Shown: positions 49,875-59,860 of the stretch, piece after piece
Position numbering within the stretch: position 1 is the first letter of the stretch
How the letters are laid out: each line of letters begins with the position of its first letter
Virus record (IMG/VR): IMGVR_UViG_3300037141_000177
Span: 9,972-73,971 of that record
DNA length: 64,000 nt
From: a virus
Direction: 5' to 3' (one strand)
Position numbers and translations under genes: made by a program
Notes under the pieces: model-generated
Told to the model about the DNA's origin: nothing
The model's database searches: none
Seen by the model: only the letters and a program-made list of their open reading frames with translations

Positions 49875-50537
49875 ATGATTGATACCTACGCGCCAAACAC
49901 GAACGGGCGTGACTTCATTGTGGGCGATCTGCACGGCTGTTTCTTGACGCTCGAGCAAGAGATGGAGTCGGCGGGTTTCGATACGGACCACGACCGGCTG
50001 TTTTCAGTTGGCGACCTGGTGGATCGTGGCCTTGAGTCGGAGCGCGCGCTGGAGTTCATTGACGAGCCGTGGTTCCACCCGGTGCGCGGCAATCACGAGC
50101 AGATGGCGATCGACTATCTCTGTGGGCGAGTCAGCGGCAGCGACTATGTGCGAAACGGCGGGGCCTGGTTCATCGGCATGCCGAAGGTGGAGCAGCAGGA
50201 CTATGCGGTGGCGTTTCAGATGATGCCGCTCGCGATTGAGGTTGATCTCGGGCGCTGTCGCATCGGCATCGTGCATGCGGATTGTCCTGTCGAAAATTGG
50301 GCCGACCTCGAGGCGGCGCTCAATGGTCCGAACCGGGACATGTTCGAAGAGTGGATGTTGTGGAGCAGGGCGCGGTACGACGAACGGCGCGCGGATGGCG
50401 TGAAAGGCATCGACACGGTGTTCGTTGGGCATACGGTGGTCCCTGCTGGCTTTCGGCTGGGGAACGTCGCCTACATCGACACAGGGGCCGTGTATGGGCG
50501 CGAGTTGACGCTGCTGAATCTGAGCGCACTGCCATGA
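49875..50537 (+). CDS. Ser/Thr protein phosphatase (lambda NinI-like metallophosphoesterase)
   Basis: GDLHG, GDLVDRG, RGNHE, GHT, IDTGA. Confidence 0.92.
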   Translation: MIDTYAPNTNGRDFIVGDLHGCFLTLEQEMESAGFDTDHDRLFSVGDLVDRGLESERALEFIDEPWFHPVRGNHEQMAIDYLCGRVSGSDYVRNGGAWFIGMPKVEQQDYAVAFQMMPLAIEVDLGRCRIGIVHADCPVENWADLEAALNGPNRDMFEEWMLWSRARYDERRADGVKGIDTVFVGHTVVPAGFRLGNVAYIDTGAVYGRELTLLNLSALP

Positions 50538-52072
50538 AGTACGGTCCTTTCAACATCGTCGCGAAAGCGCACGGCGACGCAATGGTCATCGAGGTCAGCC
50601 AGAAGCCGGTCGCGCCGCTCACCAACCGCTCGCGTCGCCGTGAGCGGCGGTTTAAAGCGATCCATAAGCGCGAGCTGGTGAAAGGGCTGATGCGGTTCAA
50701 GGGCGAGCGCTACACGCCGGAGTTGTTCGCGCTGATTATGGACACTACGTTCTCGATAACGGACCGCATCAACGAGCGATTCGGGCACCTGACGCCTTGG
50801 GGCGTGACGTGACCTTTTACTTTCTGCTGTATCTGCACTGGTGCGTTCTGTTCTTTGATCCGCGCGCGCCGGGGGAACGGCACCACCCGCTGTTAGGTCA
50901 TCGGGTCAACACCTGGCGATGAGGCCGTGAAAAATGATTGAACGTAAGTTGTCCGACTTGGAGTTTCTCGCCGTCGCGGATTCTATGTACACGTTTGATA
51001 GAAGCGGCGTGAACTTCGCAATCGGGGCGGATATCAACGCCTTCGTGCATGACGTCCGATTGATCATGGAAGAGCGCAACGCCGCGAACGCGCGAGCAGC
51101 CGCATCGGCCGTTGATGCGATCAAATATCGGGCGCAACGCGACACACAAATCCAGTTGAAGCTTGGTTTGGCGGCCGAGACGGGCGAACTGCGAGCGCGC
51201 CTTGGCCTCGTGCGCACGGAGCGCGACGATCTGCATCTCGCGCTGGGTGCGATGAAGGTGAAGCCGGCGGTGTCGGCATTGGGCACGGCGAAGATTGTCG
51301 TGCGTCCTGACGGTTCGATTGAAATACAGGCTGATCAGGTGTCGATCAGCGGTCCCGTGTCTGTCGCGGCTCTCTCGTCGCCCTAGTTGGTCAACCAGTC
51401 GGCATAACCCAAGCGGCAGGCGCGTTCGTAGGCGACGTGAAAACACGGCGGGGCGCTGCGCAGGTTATGGATGCCGAGCAGCTTGGGATTGAACGTGGAG
51501 TATTCGTGGCCTTCGTTGCCGTAACGGGCGACGAGGGTGGCTGGCAGGCCGGTTTGCTCGCACAGGTACAGGTCGTATTCCTCGAAGCGGCCGAGGATCA
51601 CGCCGGGGCTGTCGGGGTGGGCGAAGCGCGCATAGTACGGCCATGCGGTTTGCCAGCGTCCGGCGATCTCGGTTCCGTCGTTGGCGAGGCGCAGGCCGGT
51701 GATGATGATGCCCCAATCCTCGACGTAGGCGGTTTCGCCGTCGCGTTCGCGCTGGTTGAAAAACTCATTGAGCGTGGTTTGCATGGTGTCGAGCGTTGCG
51801 CGGTGCATGGCGCATCCTTATCGTGGGTTGAATCCAGCGTCGGCAAGTGCTCGTTGTACCGCTTCCATGCCGTCGATCATCGAGCGTGCGAGCGCTTGGC
51901 GCTCGGTGCGTGAAAAGTGCGCTTCGGTAAACTGGTAGAACGTTTCAAAAGTCGAGCGTTTTGCGAACTGTGCCAGCTGTTCCGCCTGCTCGGCTGTGAT
52001 GGTCGCTGTGAATGTGACTTCGTGCATCGCCTGTCCTTATATCGAAAGGGTGATCAGTTCGCTGATTCTCAT

Positions 52073-52549
52073 TTAATGTGCTGTGGGCGTGGCATCGAAC
52101 AGCAGCATCTGGTGTCCCGCATAGTCCGGATCCGCGCCCGTTTGCCACGGGAAGGTGCCAGCCGGGTCGGGCCAGATGATCTGCACGGCGCGCACGTCGT
52201 CGCCTTCGATCGCGCGTGCGGCACGCAGATAATCGGGGAGGTGGTTGGGGTGCACCGTGCGGAACATGACGCTGTAGCCCTCCACCACCCGGTCGTCGGA
52301 CGCACTGTCTTGGCACGTCAGGGTGCCTTGCTTGATGCGCTCGCAGGCTCCGGCGAGGATGCTTTGCGCCACTTCGGGCGGCAGGCCCATGATGACCAGT
52401 TCGGGGTGCTGGCAGTTTTCCGTCAGGCCGATGGTGTAGGCGAAGGAGGGTACGGGCGGCTGCGCCTCGGGGTCGGCGAACACGCCCATTACGGTCCAGC
52501 CATGCTGGTCGATGCGCTTGCGCAGTTGTTCGAGGATCGGGTTATTCAT
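52073..52549 (-). CDS. DUF4262-like protein
   Basis: I..HGW.V..V, FAYTIGL, HPEL...GL, Q..WPD..G.FPW. Confidence 0.75.
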   Translation of the reverse strand: MNNPILEQLRKRIDQHGWTVMGVFADPEAQPPVPSFAYTIGLTENCQHPELVIMGLPPEVAQSILAGACERIKQGTLTCQDSASDDRVVEGYSVMFRTVHPNHLPDYLRAARAIEGDDVRAVQIIWPDPAGTFPWQTGADPDYAGHQMLLFDATPTAH

Positions 52550-53124
52550 CTTGGTCCTTGATTAGCCGGGGCACGCCTTGGGTCGGCAACGTGAGCGGGA
52601 TGTCGGTGGGGTCCAGCGATTCGCGGATCGCTTGTTCCCACATATTCGTGTTGTTCAGGCGCTCCGCGATGCCCTGCGCATCTGCAAGCCGTTCCTCGAA
52701 TTGCGTGATGGTGATGGGCGGTTTTGCTGGATCCGCTTCCCACTGTGAGGCGATGGCGCGAAGGACGGTGACGTCGACGCCGAGCATCCGGGCGATCACG
52801 GCATAGCCGGTTGAGAGAGGGTGATCCACGCATGTCTCCTGTATCTAGTGGGGGAGTTGAAACACAGTGACGATGATTTCGGGCGCGGCCATCACGAACA
52901 CGATGCGCGAGCGCGTCATGCAGAAGTACCGCCCCTTGAAGCCGCCCTTGTGCCATTGCGGATAGGCGACCGGGTTCGACGCTTCGATGCGCCGCTTGGT
53001 CTTTTTGCCGACTCGCTGTTTGGCCTGTGCATACTCGTTTTCAATGTCGCGCTCGGGGAACCGTTCGGCCCATCGTGTGCGTGCGTGGTCGGAGATCAAG
53101 AGGGCCATGATTACTGCTGCCTTG

Positions 53125-53406
53125 TCACTTGCCTTCGGGGCGACGTGCCTTGCTAAGCATGGCATCTCGAAGAATGTCGTTCAGGCGGCTCTGATAGCCC
53201 TTGCCTTGGCTCTTGAGCCATTCCAGTACGTCGGCGTCGATACGCACCGTCAATTGTTGTTTGACGGGTCGATAAAACCTGCCGCGCGTGGCTCCCTGCC
53301 AGTCCTGCGCGTTGGTCGCCGGGATGTCGGAGAAGTCGATCTCAGATTCCGGTTTCGCGGCCAACGCTGCGAGTTCGCGGCGAATTGATTCAGGCACCTT
53401 GTTCAT
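53125..53406 (-). CDS. brnA: BrnA antitoxin
   Basis: IDFSDIP, YRPVK.Q.T.RIDADVLEWLKSQGKGYQ.RLN.ILR. Confidence 0.9.
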   Translation of the reverse strand: MNKVPESIRRELAALAAKPESEIDFSDIPATNAQDWQGATRGRFYRPVKQQLTVRIDADVLEWLKSQGKGYQSRLNDILRDAMLSKARRPEGK

Positions 53407-53686
53407 AAATTTTCCTTTCTTGCTTAGTCGCACGTCGCGCCGAGATGATGCGGATGTGTTCCTCGCCGCTCTCTGCTTCGTACCATGTGTGAGCTACTAA
53501 AAGCAGGACGACGTCGCCTGCCATGCCAACGGTCTGCCACCGTGCTTCGCCGTTCTCGATGCGATCCTGCCGTGAGACGTGCAGGGGGTCATCGAACACA
53601 AGGCTGGCGGCTTCAAAACTGACGCCGTGGTTGCGCTGGTTGCTCTTGTTTTTGGCGGCGTCCCATGAAAACAATTTTAGCTCCAT
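53390..53686 (-). CDS. brnT: BrnT ribonuclease toxin
   Basis: F.WD..KN..N...HGVSFE.A..VF.DP, E.RW, IRIISARRAT..ER..Y. Confidence 0.92.
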   Translation of the reverse strand: MELKLFSWDAAKNKSNQRNHGVSFEAASLVFDDPLHVSRQDRIENGEARWQTVGMAGDVVLLLVAHTWYEAESGEEHIRIISARRATKQERKIYEQGA

Positions 53687-53760
53687 ATTTGTAGTTACAA
53701 TAGTGTAGCTCTAATTTGGTCAAAGTTCAACGGCCGGTTAAACGCCTGAAAGCCTGTGCC

Positions 53761-53776
53761 GTCGTGACGCCAGACT
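53761..53776 (+). promoter_or_regulatory. Putative late promoter motif GTCGTGACGCCAGACT
   Basis: Upstream of tagged protein 1. Confidence 0.65.
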
Positions 53777-53801
53777 CGAATGAACATATTCGGGGTATCT
53801 G

Positions 53802-54902
53802 ATGGCTCACGCACTTTCCAGCTTCTCGCGCCCGTTGCTGTTCCTGAAGGCCGCGATGCATCAGGTGTACGTCCCGACCTTCTCGCGTGCCGACGGTGTG
53901 GTGGTGAACGGCCATTACGCGATGCATGCTGCTGGCGGCAACAGGCCGCCTGCGCTGAAGGTGGTTGCTGCGGTGGCAACCCCTGCGCCTGTTCGGAGCG
54001 GTGGCCACGACGCGATCGTGGGGCATTTGGAGGCGATTGCTGCGGCCAAGCTGCCCGCGTCGAATACGAATGCCAAGTCAGTGAACCCGCGGCTTGACGT
54101 GATCGCTGCGGCGCTGAAGTCGGGCGACCCGGGGCTGCTCACGATGATGTCGTACGGTTCGAACAACTACGGGGTCAAAGCCGCGAAGCTGGCGAACCTG
54201 GCGCTCGAGGCGCTTGGCTCGGACGAGCGGGTGTCGCCGGGGCAGAAGGGCGTTCCCGGGTACCGCTCGGATGCACAGGCGGCGGCAGCGAAGGCGCGCG
54301 CCCATGCCGAGCGCACGGTTCATCCGTCGCAAGATAGCCTCATGACGGCGATGGCGAAGCTTGGTGGTGTCAAAAAGTCCGAAGCTATGAAACAGTGGGG
54401 CTACGGCAAGAACGATCTGAAGGGCGCTTACGTGGGCATCAAGCCGGTGTTTTCTTCGCAGGGGTTGAGCGTTGAAAACATGGGCGCGGCGCTGCACGAG
54501 CTGGGCTATCTGCGCAGCGACGAGCATGGGCGCTTCGACGGTCGCGAGCTGGAGGAGCACGTTTCGAATGCGCTTGGCGGTGCCGATCACTTCACGCCGG
54601 ACGGGTTCGTCAACAAGGCGCAGCAGGACCAAGAGGAGCAGTATCAGGGCCTTGGTGCGAGCGACGTAAAGGCGAGCGGCTTCGATGAATTGCCTGAAGA
54701 GGCACAACAACAGATTGAGGAATTCCTTGATGAAAACCCCGACTTCTCAGCCGACGAAATTGCCAGTTTCGAAGGTGCTCAGCGAGTGGCAGACGAGGAT
54801 GACGTCCCGTTTGAGCCACTTGACTTCGGCGCAGCGCAAGGCCACCACCGCGACTTTGGTCAACCTCATGAAAGCTCGGGCGGCAGCGACGTCCCGTTCT
54901 AA
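53802..54902 (+). CDS. Putative virion-packaged protein 1 (LFLKA tag, shared helical domain, acidic tail ending DVPF)
   Basis: N-terminus and an ~80-aa domain are paralogous to 54972..59381. Confidence 0.6.
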   Translation: MAHALSSFSRPLLFLKAAMHQVYVPTFSRADGVVVNGHYAMHAAGGNRPPALKVVAAVATPAPVRSGGHDAIVGHLEAIAAAKLPASNTNAKSVNPRLDVIAAALKSGDPGLLTMMSYGSNNYGVKAAKLANLALEALGSDERVSPGQKGVPGYRSDAQAAAAKARAHAERTVHPSQDSLMTAMAKLGGVKKSEAMKQWGYGKNDLKGAYVGIKPVFSSQGLSVENMGAALHELGYLRSDEHGRFDGRELEEHVSNALGGADHFTPDGFVNKAQQDQEEQYQGLGASDVKASGFDELPEEAQQQIEEFLDENPDFSADEIASFEGAQRVADEDDVPFEPLDFGAAQGHHRDFGQPHESSGGSDVPF

Positions 54903-54931
54903 GCCGGAATAAACCGGCTGCTTGTCTCCGC

Positions 54932-54947
54932 GTCGTGACGGTAGCCT
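54932..54947 (+). promoter_or_regulatory. Putative late promoter motif GTCGTGACGGTAGCCT
   Basis: Promoter and leader nearly identical to 53761-53810. Confidence 0.65.
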
Positions 54948-54971
54948 CGAATGAACACATTCGGGGTTCTC

Positions 54972-57900
54972 ATGGCTCACCTGCACGCTCTGTCCAGTCT
55001 CTCGCGCCCCCCGCTGTTGTTCCTCAAAGCGACGCAGAAAAAGCGGGTGTTCGTTCCTACGTTCACGCGGCGAAATGGCGTGGTCGTGCAGGGACATTAC
55101 GCGATGGTGCATGTCTCCGATGCGCACGACGCTCACAAAATCCTGTCGGGTGAGGGATCGCATTCGCAGAAGGCTGCGCACGCGAAGCTCGTTAAAAAAG
55201 ACTGGTTCCAGGCGTTGCCGCATGACCACCAGCTGCCCGTCCTGCTCGAGCACGCGACCGAGATTCAGGATAAGGCCAGCGCCGGTTCGGTCCTGTCGAC
55301 GCTCAAGAAGAAGGTTCTCGCAGGGCAGAAGCCGTCAAACGCTGAAATGAACGCGTTTGCCGCGGCGCCGGGGGATAAGCAGAAGGCGTTGCTGGGCGAG
55401 TTCACTGCGGGCGGGAAGGGGGCATCGTTTGGCGCGTTGTTTCATCAGCACGCGGCGTCGGTGCCCAAAGTTGCAGAAGTGCCCGCAGTTATGCAACAAG
55501 AGCCTGCGGTGACTGTGGTAGCTGCTCCGGTGCCGGTCGCGCCGAAGGTTGTCGGGGCCACGCAGGCGGCGCCACCTCCTGCGGTGCCGGTGCAGGCTTC
55601 CACGCCCGAATGGAGCGACGAGAAGGGGGCGATCGCCTTGCACCTCGACGCCATCGATAACGCGAAGCTGCCTGATTCGAACACCAACGCCGCGTCAGCG
55701 AATAAGAAGCTGCAGGCCATTGCAGCCGCGACGGCCAAGGGCGACGTGAAGTCGCTTTTGATGATGGGTTACGGGTCGAACAATTACGGCGCGACGGCGG
55801 CGAAGCTCGCCAACCAGTCGTTGGCGCTGCTCGGTTCCACGCATCAGGTGTCCGCTGGCCAGAAGATGGCGAGCCACCCGGGGATGAGCGGAGCGCCTGC
55901 TACGCCGACGGTGGTTCCCACTTCTCCTACCGGGGAAAGCGGGAAAAGCGGGGAAACCGGGATTCCCGCGTCTCCCGCGCCGGCTGGCATTACCACAAAG
56001 CTGAAGCTCGACGGCCACAGCGTGGAGATTGCGCCGGTTGCCGGTGGCAAGTTCTCACTGTCGATCGACGGCACGAAGGAGGGTGAGTACGCGTCGCCTG
56101 GCGCGGCTCAGGCGCACGCACACGAGGTTGTCTACGAGAGCGAGCCGGCCGCGCTCACGCCGACCGTGGTGCCCACGCCTGGTGTTGCAGCCCCAGCGAA
56201 GGACTCGGCAGCGGTCAAGAAGGCGAAGGCGATCGATCCGGCAAAGGTCAGCGCGTGGCTTGCGGCGGTGCCAGGCAAGGCAGACACGTCGCTGTTCGAC
56301 GGTGTTTCGACGAAGGCGAAGGACAAGTTTTTAAAGTGGAAGCAAGCGGTAGGCAAAACGCACATGCCGGAATACAAGGCAGGCTACGTGAATGTCGCCG
56401 TGTCGTCGCTGTATGGGATGACCGATCAGGTGCTGCTGAACAATGGTTCGTTCGTTGCCGTCACCGATATCCTGATGCACGGTGGCTGGGGGCAGGTCGC
56501 GCCGGCCGATCCCGTCGCGATCCAGAAGGCGGCGATCGCGGCTTTGTCTGGCGTGTCGACACCCACAGTCGCGGCTGTGCCTGTCGCGCCAGTTGCGGCC
56601 AAGCCGGTCACAGCGGGACTGCCGCCCATCCCGCTCGGTATCAAGCAGGCGCAGGGCGTGAAGGCCATGAAAATGGCGAAGCTGGGGGACGTCGCGGGGC
56701 TGACGAACCTCCACGACAAGCTGGTCGCGCCGAAGACGAAGGCGTACGTTGGCGAACTGCTCGCGGCTATCAAAAAGGCGCAGGGCGTCTCCGCCGCTGG
56801 CGCCTCGGTTGCGAACTGGGAATTTAACAGCTCTGATCATGGCTTTAGTGGCGCTCCGACGCTGTATCTGAAGAAGGAGGGCGTCGATCACTTCATCGTG
56901 AAAACGCCCGAAGGCGAGTACGAGGTCTACGGCATCGGCTCGGGTGATCAAGAGACGGCCGGCGACGAACCGGAGATATTCGGTTCGAAGGAAGATGTGC
57001 AGGAGTATTTGTCGGGCGCACTTGATGTTCACGTCACGAAGGCGACGCTCGCGAAGCTCGACAGCGGTGCTGATGCTAGTCCGAAGGAAGGCGACACGAA
57101 GCAGGGCGCAGACGGCGCGCTGGTGTTCCAGAACGGGCGCTGGCACAAGCAGGGCGACGTGCTCCCGGTGGTGCCCGTCGCTGTGTCGAAGGCCAAGGTC
57201 ACGCAGCACGTCTATACGAACACCGAGGAAGGTCACAACAAGTTTTGGGCCACTGCAGTCCAAGGCAGTATTTTGCGCACCACGTACGGGAAGATCGGCA
57301 CGAAGGGTTCAGAGACGATGAAGCTTTTCGCGTCTGAAATGCAGGCGTATGAGGCTCAGGCGAAACTGATCAAGGAAAAAACTGCCAAGGGTTACAAGTT
57401 TCAGGATTCCGTCTCGGTGGAGGGCTTTGCGCCTGCTCAGGCGGCTCCGGTCAAGGTAGTGGGCGCTACGGCTGGGAGTGGCTTCGCGATCCCGCCCAAG
57501 CCGACGCCTACCGTCCAGGTGACGCCGAATGCCGGACCGGCCGCGCCAGTGTCGATTGACGCCTGGAAGAAAACGGGCGAGCAGGGCGGCTACAACGAGG
57601 GCGGCACGTACGTGGATCCGCAGGGCGTCGCCTGGTATTGCAAATTCCCGGCCGGCGGTGAAAAGGTCGCGAAGAACGAACTGCTCGCCGGGAAGCTGTA
57701 CGAGCTCGCCGGGGTGGATGTCGCCGCGGTGAAGTTGATCACGCAGGGCGGGAAGGTCGGACTCGCCTCGAAGATCGTCGTGGGCGCGGCGCCGAGCAAG
57801 GCGGCGATGCTCGCTGGCACGGCGCCCGGGCTGCTGTCGGGCTTTGCCGCCGATGCTTGGCTTGCCAATTGGGACGCGGTGGGGAACAACCCGCAGAAGG

Positions 57901-59381
57901 GGTACGACAACATCCTGATCAAGCCGGACGGCTCGGCGGTGCGCATCGATGCGGGTGGTGCGTTGCTTTACGGGGGAGCTGGCGGGAAAAAGCAAACCTT
58001 CACGGACAAGGTGACGGACCTGAAGACCATGCTCGACCCGGCGAAGAACGCACACACGTCGAAGGTGTTCGGGAAAATGACGCCGGCGGATATCGCGGCG
58101 TCGGTGGCGAAGGTCGCGGCCATCGATCCATCGATGATTGCGGCGGTGGTGGAGATGTATGGCCCGGGCAACGGTGAGGAACGCGCGCGCATGGCGGCGA
58201 AGCTGATCGCGCGACAGGCTGACATGCTTGAGCAGTACCCGGCCGCGAAGAAGGCCGCAGAGAAGGCTCAGGCGAAGGCTCCGAAGCCCAAGGTGGAGAA
58301 GCCTGACCCGACGAAGCTGAAGGTTGACGCGTCGCTGTTGCCGCCGATGCACAACTTCATGAACTGGAATGGTTCGGGGAAACCCATTTCAGACAAGCCG
58401 TATGTGGCGCAAAACATCATTGACGAGCAGGCCATTCTCGCGTTCGCGTTGAAGGGAAACCTGGTCGCGTTGAAGGCGTACAAATACCAGCCGGTCGACA
58501 AGCTCACGGGCCAGCCGCTCGGTGAGCCGAAGTCGATGGACCAGAACCCGTCGCAGTACGTGCGCGAGTTCTACGACTCGTGCGTGTCGTTCCTCGAGGT
58601 GGTGGCGAACCCTGCGGAGCCGATGCGCACGTATGACTCGAAAGACGCGCATACCGTCGCGCAGCTTGCGTCGATGTTCAAGCCGTTCGACTACGGTGTG
58701 TCGGTGGCCAGCGCGCCGGCGAACCAGCGGCTCGGCTTCTGGATCGCGTTGGGGGTGGCGAGCAGCCCCGCCAAATTCAAGCCGAAGACGGTCAGCCTGA
58801 AGTTTACGGAGGCCGCGAAGCAGGCGGCATATACGGCCTATACCCTGCTTCCGAAGACGGTTAAAACATTCATCAATGCGGTGCAGTCGTCGGGTTCGGC
58901 CAACCAGCCGTATCGCGACGGTAAAGAAGTCGATCAGCAGGGGCAGAACACGCGCACGGTGCTCGCTGACCTGTACACACACGCTGTTGCGCACGAGGCG
59001 GGGACGACGGTCAACAAGTGGATCAATATGCCCGATTCGATGGTGGCGCAGTTCATCGCGGAGCCGGAGGGCCTGGTGTTCCAGAACCCGGGTTCGATGT
59101 GCACGTCGCAGCACACGTCCAAAACCGCTAATTTCGGCAAGCACCGGGTCATCATCCACTATGCGGACGGGGCCTCTGCGATTGACACGTTCGGCTCGGG
59201 CGATCATCACGGGGAGGCGGAAATCACGACGCTCCCGGGCGCCCGGTATATGGTGTTGAGTCGGAAGATGGTCGCGGACGCCGAACACAGCAATCCGGGC
59301 GCGCAGCGGCTCGAGCTTGAAGTGTTGATGCTGCCGCCGGATGCGACGTATATTGCCAACATTCCCAAGAAGCCAACATGA
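54972..59381 (+). CDS. Large polyvalent protein: LFLKA tag, WGR domain, HipA/PI3K-like kinase, ADP-ribosyltransferase
   Basis: WGR ~57200-57400 (HNKFW..YGKIGTKG..EK..KGY); kinase ~57560-58235; ART ~58990-59340 (MCTS, GEAEI). Confidence 0.7.
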   Translation: MAHLHALSSLSRPPLLFLKATQKKRVFVPTFTRRNGVVVQGHYAMVHVSDAHDAHKILSGEGSHSQKAAHAKLVKKDWFQALPHDHQLPVLLEHATEIQDKASAGSVLSTLKKKVLAGQKPSNAEMNAFAAAPGDKQKALLGEFTAGGKGASFGALFHQHAASVPKVAEVPAVMQQEPAVTVVAAPVPVAPKVVGATQAAPPPAVPVQASTPEWSDEKGAIALHLDAIDNAKLPDSNTNAASANKKLQAIAAATAKGDVKSLLMMGYGSNNYGATAAKLANQSLALLGSTHQVSAGQKMASHPGMSGAPATPTVVPTSPTGESGKSGETGIPASPAPAGITTKLKLDGHSVEIAPVAGGKFSLSIDGTKEGEYASPGAAQAHAHEVVYESEPAALTPTVVPTPGVAAPAKDSAAVKKAKAIDPAKVSAWLAAVPGKADTSLFDGVSTKAKDKFLKWKQAVGKTHMPEYKAGYVNVAVSSLYGMTDQVLLNNGSFVAVTDILMHGGWGQVAPADPVAIQKAAIAALSGVSTPTVAAVPVAPVAAKPVTAGLPPIPLGIKQAQGVKAMKMAKLGDVAGLTNLHDKLVAPKTKAYVGELLAAIKKAQGVSAAGASVANWEFNSSDHGFSGAPTLYLKKEGVDHFIVKTPEGEYEVYGIGSGDQETAGDEPEIFGSKEDVQEYLSGALDVHVTKATLAKLDSGADASPKEGDTKQGADGALVFQNGRWHKQGDVLPVVPVAVSKAKVTQHVYTNTEEGHNKFWATAVQGSILRTTYGKIGTKGSETMKLFASEMQAYEAQAKLIKEKTAKGYKFQDSVSVEGFAPAQAAPVKVVGATAGSGFAIPPKPTPTVQVTPNAGPAAPVSIDAWKKTGEQGGYNEGGTYVDPQGVAWYCKFPAGGEKVAKNELLAGKLYELAGVDVAAVKLITQGGKVGLASKIVVGAAPSKAAMLAGTAPGLLSGFAADAWLANWDAVGNNPQKGYDNILIKPDGSAVRIDAGGALLYGGAGGKKQTFTDKVTDLKTMLDPAKNAHTSKVFGKMTPADIAASVAKVAAIDPSMIAAVVEMYGPGNGEERARMAAKLIARQADMLEQYPAAKKAAEKAQAKAPKPKVEKPDPTKLKVDASLLPPMHNFMNWNGSGKPISDKPYVAQNIIDEQAILAFALKGNLVALKAYKYQPVDKLTGQPLGEPKSMDQNPSQYVREFYDSCVSFLEVVANPAEPMRTYDSKDAHTVAQLASMFKPFDYGVSVASAPANQRLGFWIALGVASSPAKFKPKTVSLKFTEAAKQAAYTAYTLLPKTVKTFINAVQSSGSANQPYRDGKEVDQQGQNTRTVLADLYTHAVAHEAGTTVNKWINMPDSMVAQFIAEPEGLVFQNPGSMCTSQHTSKTANFGKHRVIIHYADGASAIDTFGSGDHHGEAEITTLPGARYMVLSRKMVADAEHSNPGAQRLELEVLMLPPDATYIANIPKKPT

Positions 59382-59854
59382 CGCCTGACAACCCTGAATT
59401 CTCGCCCACGGGCCTGTACCTCGACGATCTGGTGTCGACGGGCAAGCCGTCGCTGGGCGTTTTCCCGATCGTCTCGCGGATCGTTCGCGAGTACGTCAAG
59501 AACGTGCTCGAGATTCGGAGCGCCTTCAATTTGGGGCAGGGCGGGGCGGATGCGCCACTGGTCGAGATCGAAGCTGCCGCGCGGCATTGGGGCAACGTGT
59601 TCCTCGGGCGCGACAACCGGTTCGATGCGCAGCCGTGGAATACCCCTAACCGGCTTGGCATGACGCTGACCATGCTGTTCCCGGAGGAAACCAAGCATTA
59701 CGGCGACCCGGGCGCAGCGGCGTTCATGTGGCTTGCAGGGCAAACCCTGCAGGCTTCGCAGTTTATGGAGGGTGGCGGCTCGGAAGACGAAGCGCGCGCG
59801 AAGCTCGAGCCGGTAGTGGAGGACTTCGAGCAACGTCTGATAGGGATCAAATAA
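59378..59854 (+). CDS. Hypothetical protein translationally coupled to the ART gene (candidate immunity protein)
   Basis: ATGA overlap with the upstream stop; acidic, 158 aa. Confidence 0.5.
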   Translation: MTPDNPEFSPTGLYLDDLVSTGKPSLGVFPIVSRIVREYVKNVLEIRSAFNLGQGGADAPLVEIEAAARHWGNVFLGRDNRFDAQPWNTPNRLGMTLTMLFPEETKHYGDPGAAAFMWLAGQTLQASQFMEGGGSEDEARAKLEPVVEDFEQRLIGIK

Positions 59855-59860
59855 AGGCGG

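Noticed and set aside
57560-58235. Ordinary HipBA toxin-antitoxin module
   Set aside because: The kinase is embedded in a large multidomain protein, lacks the DRH loop and has no adjacent HipB-like HTH gene.
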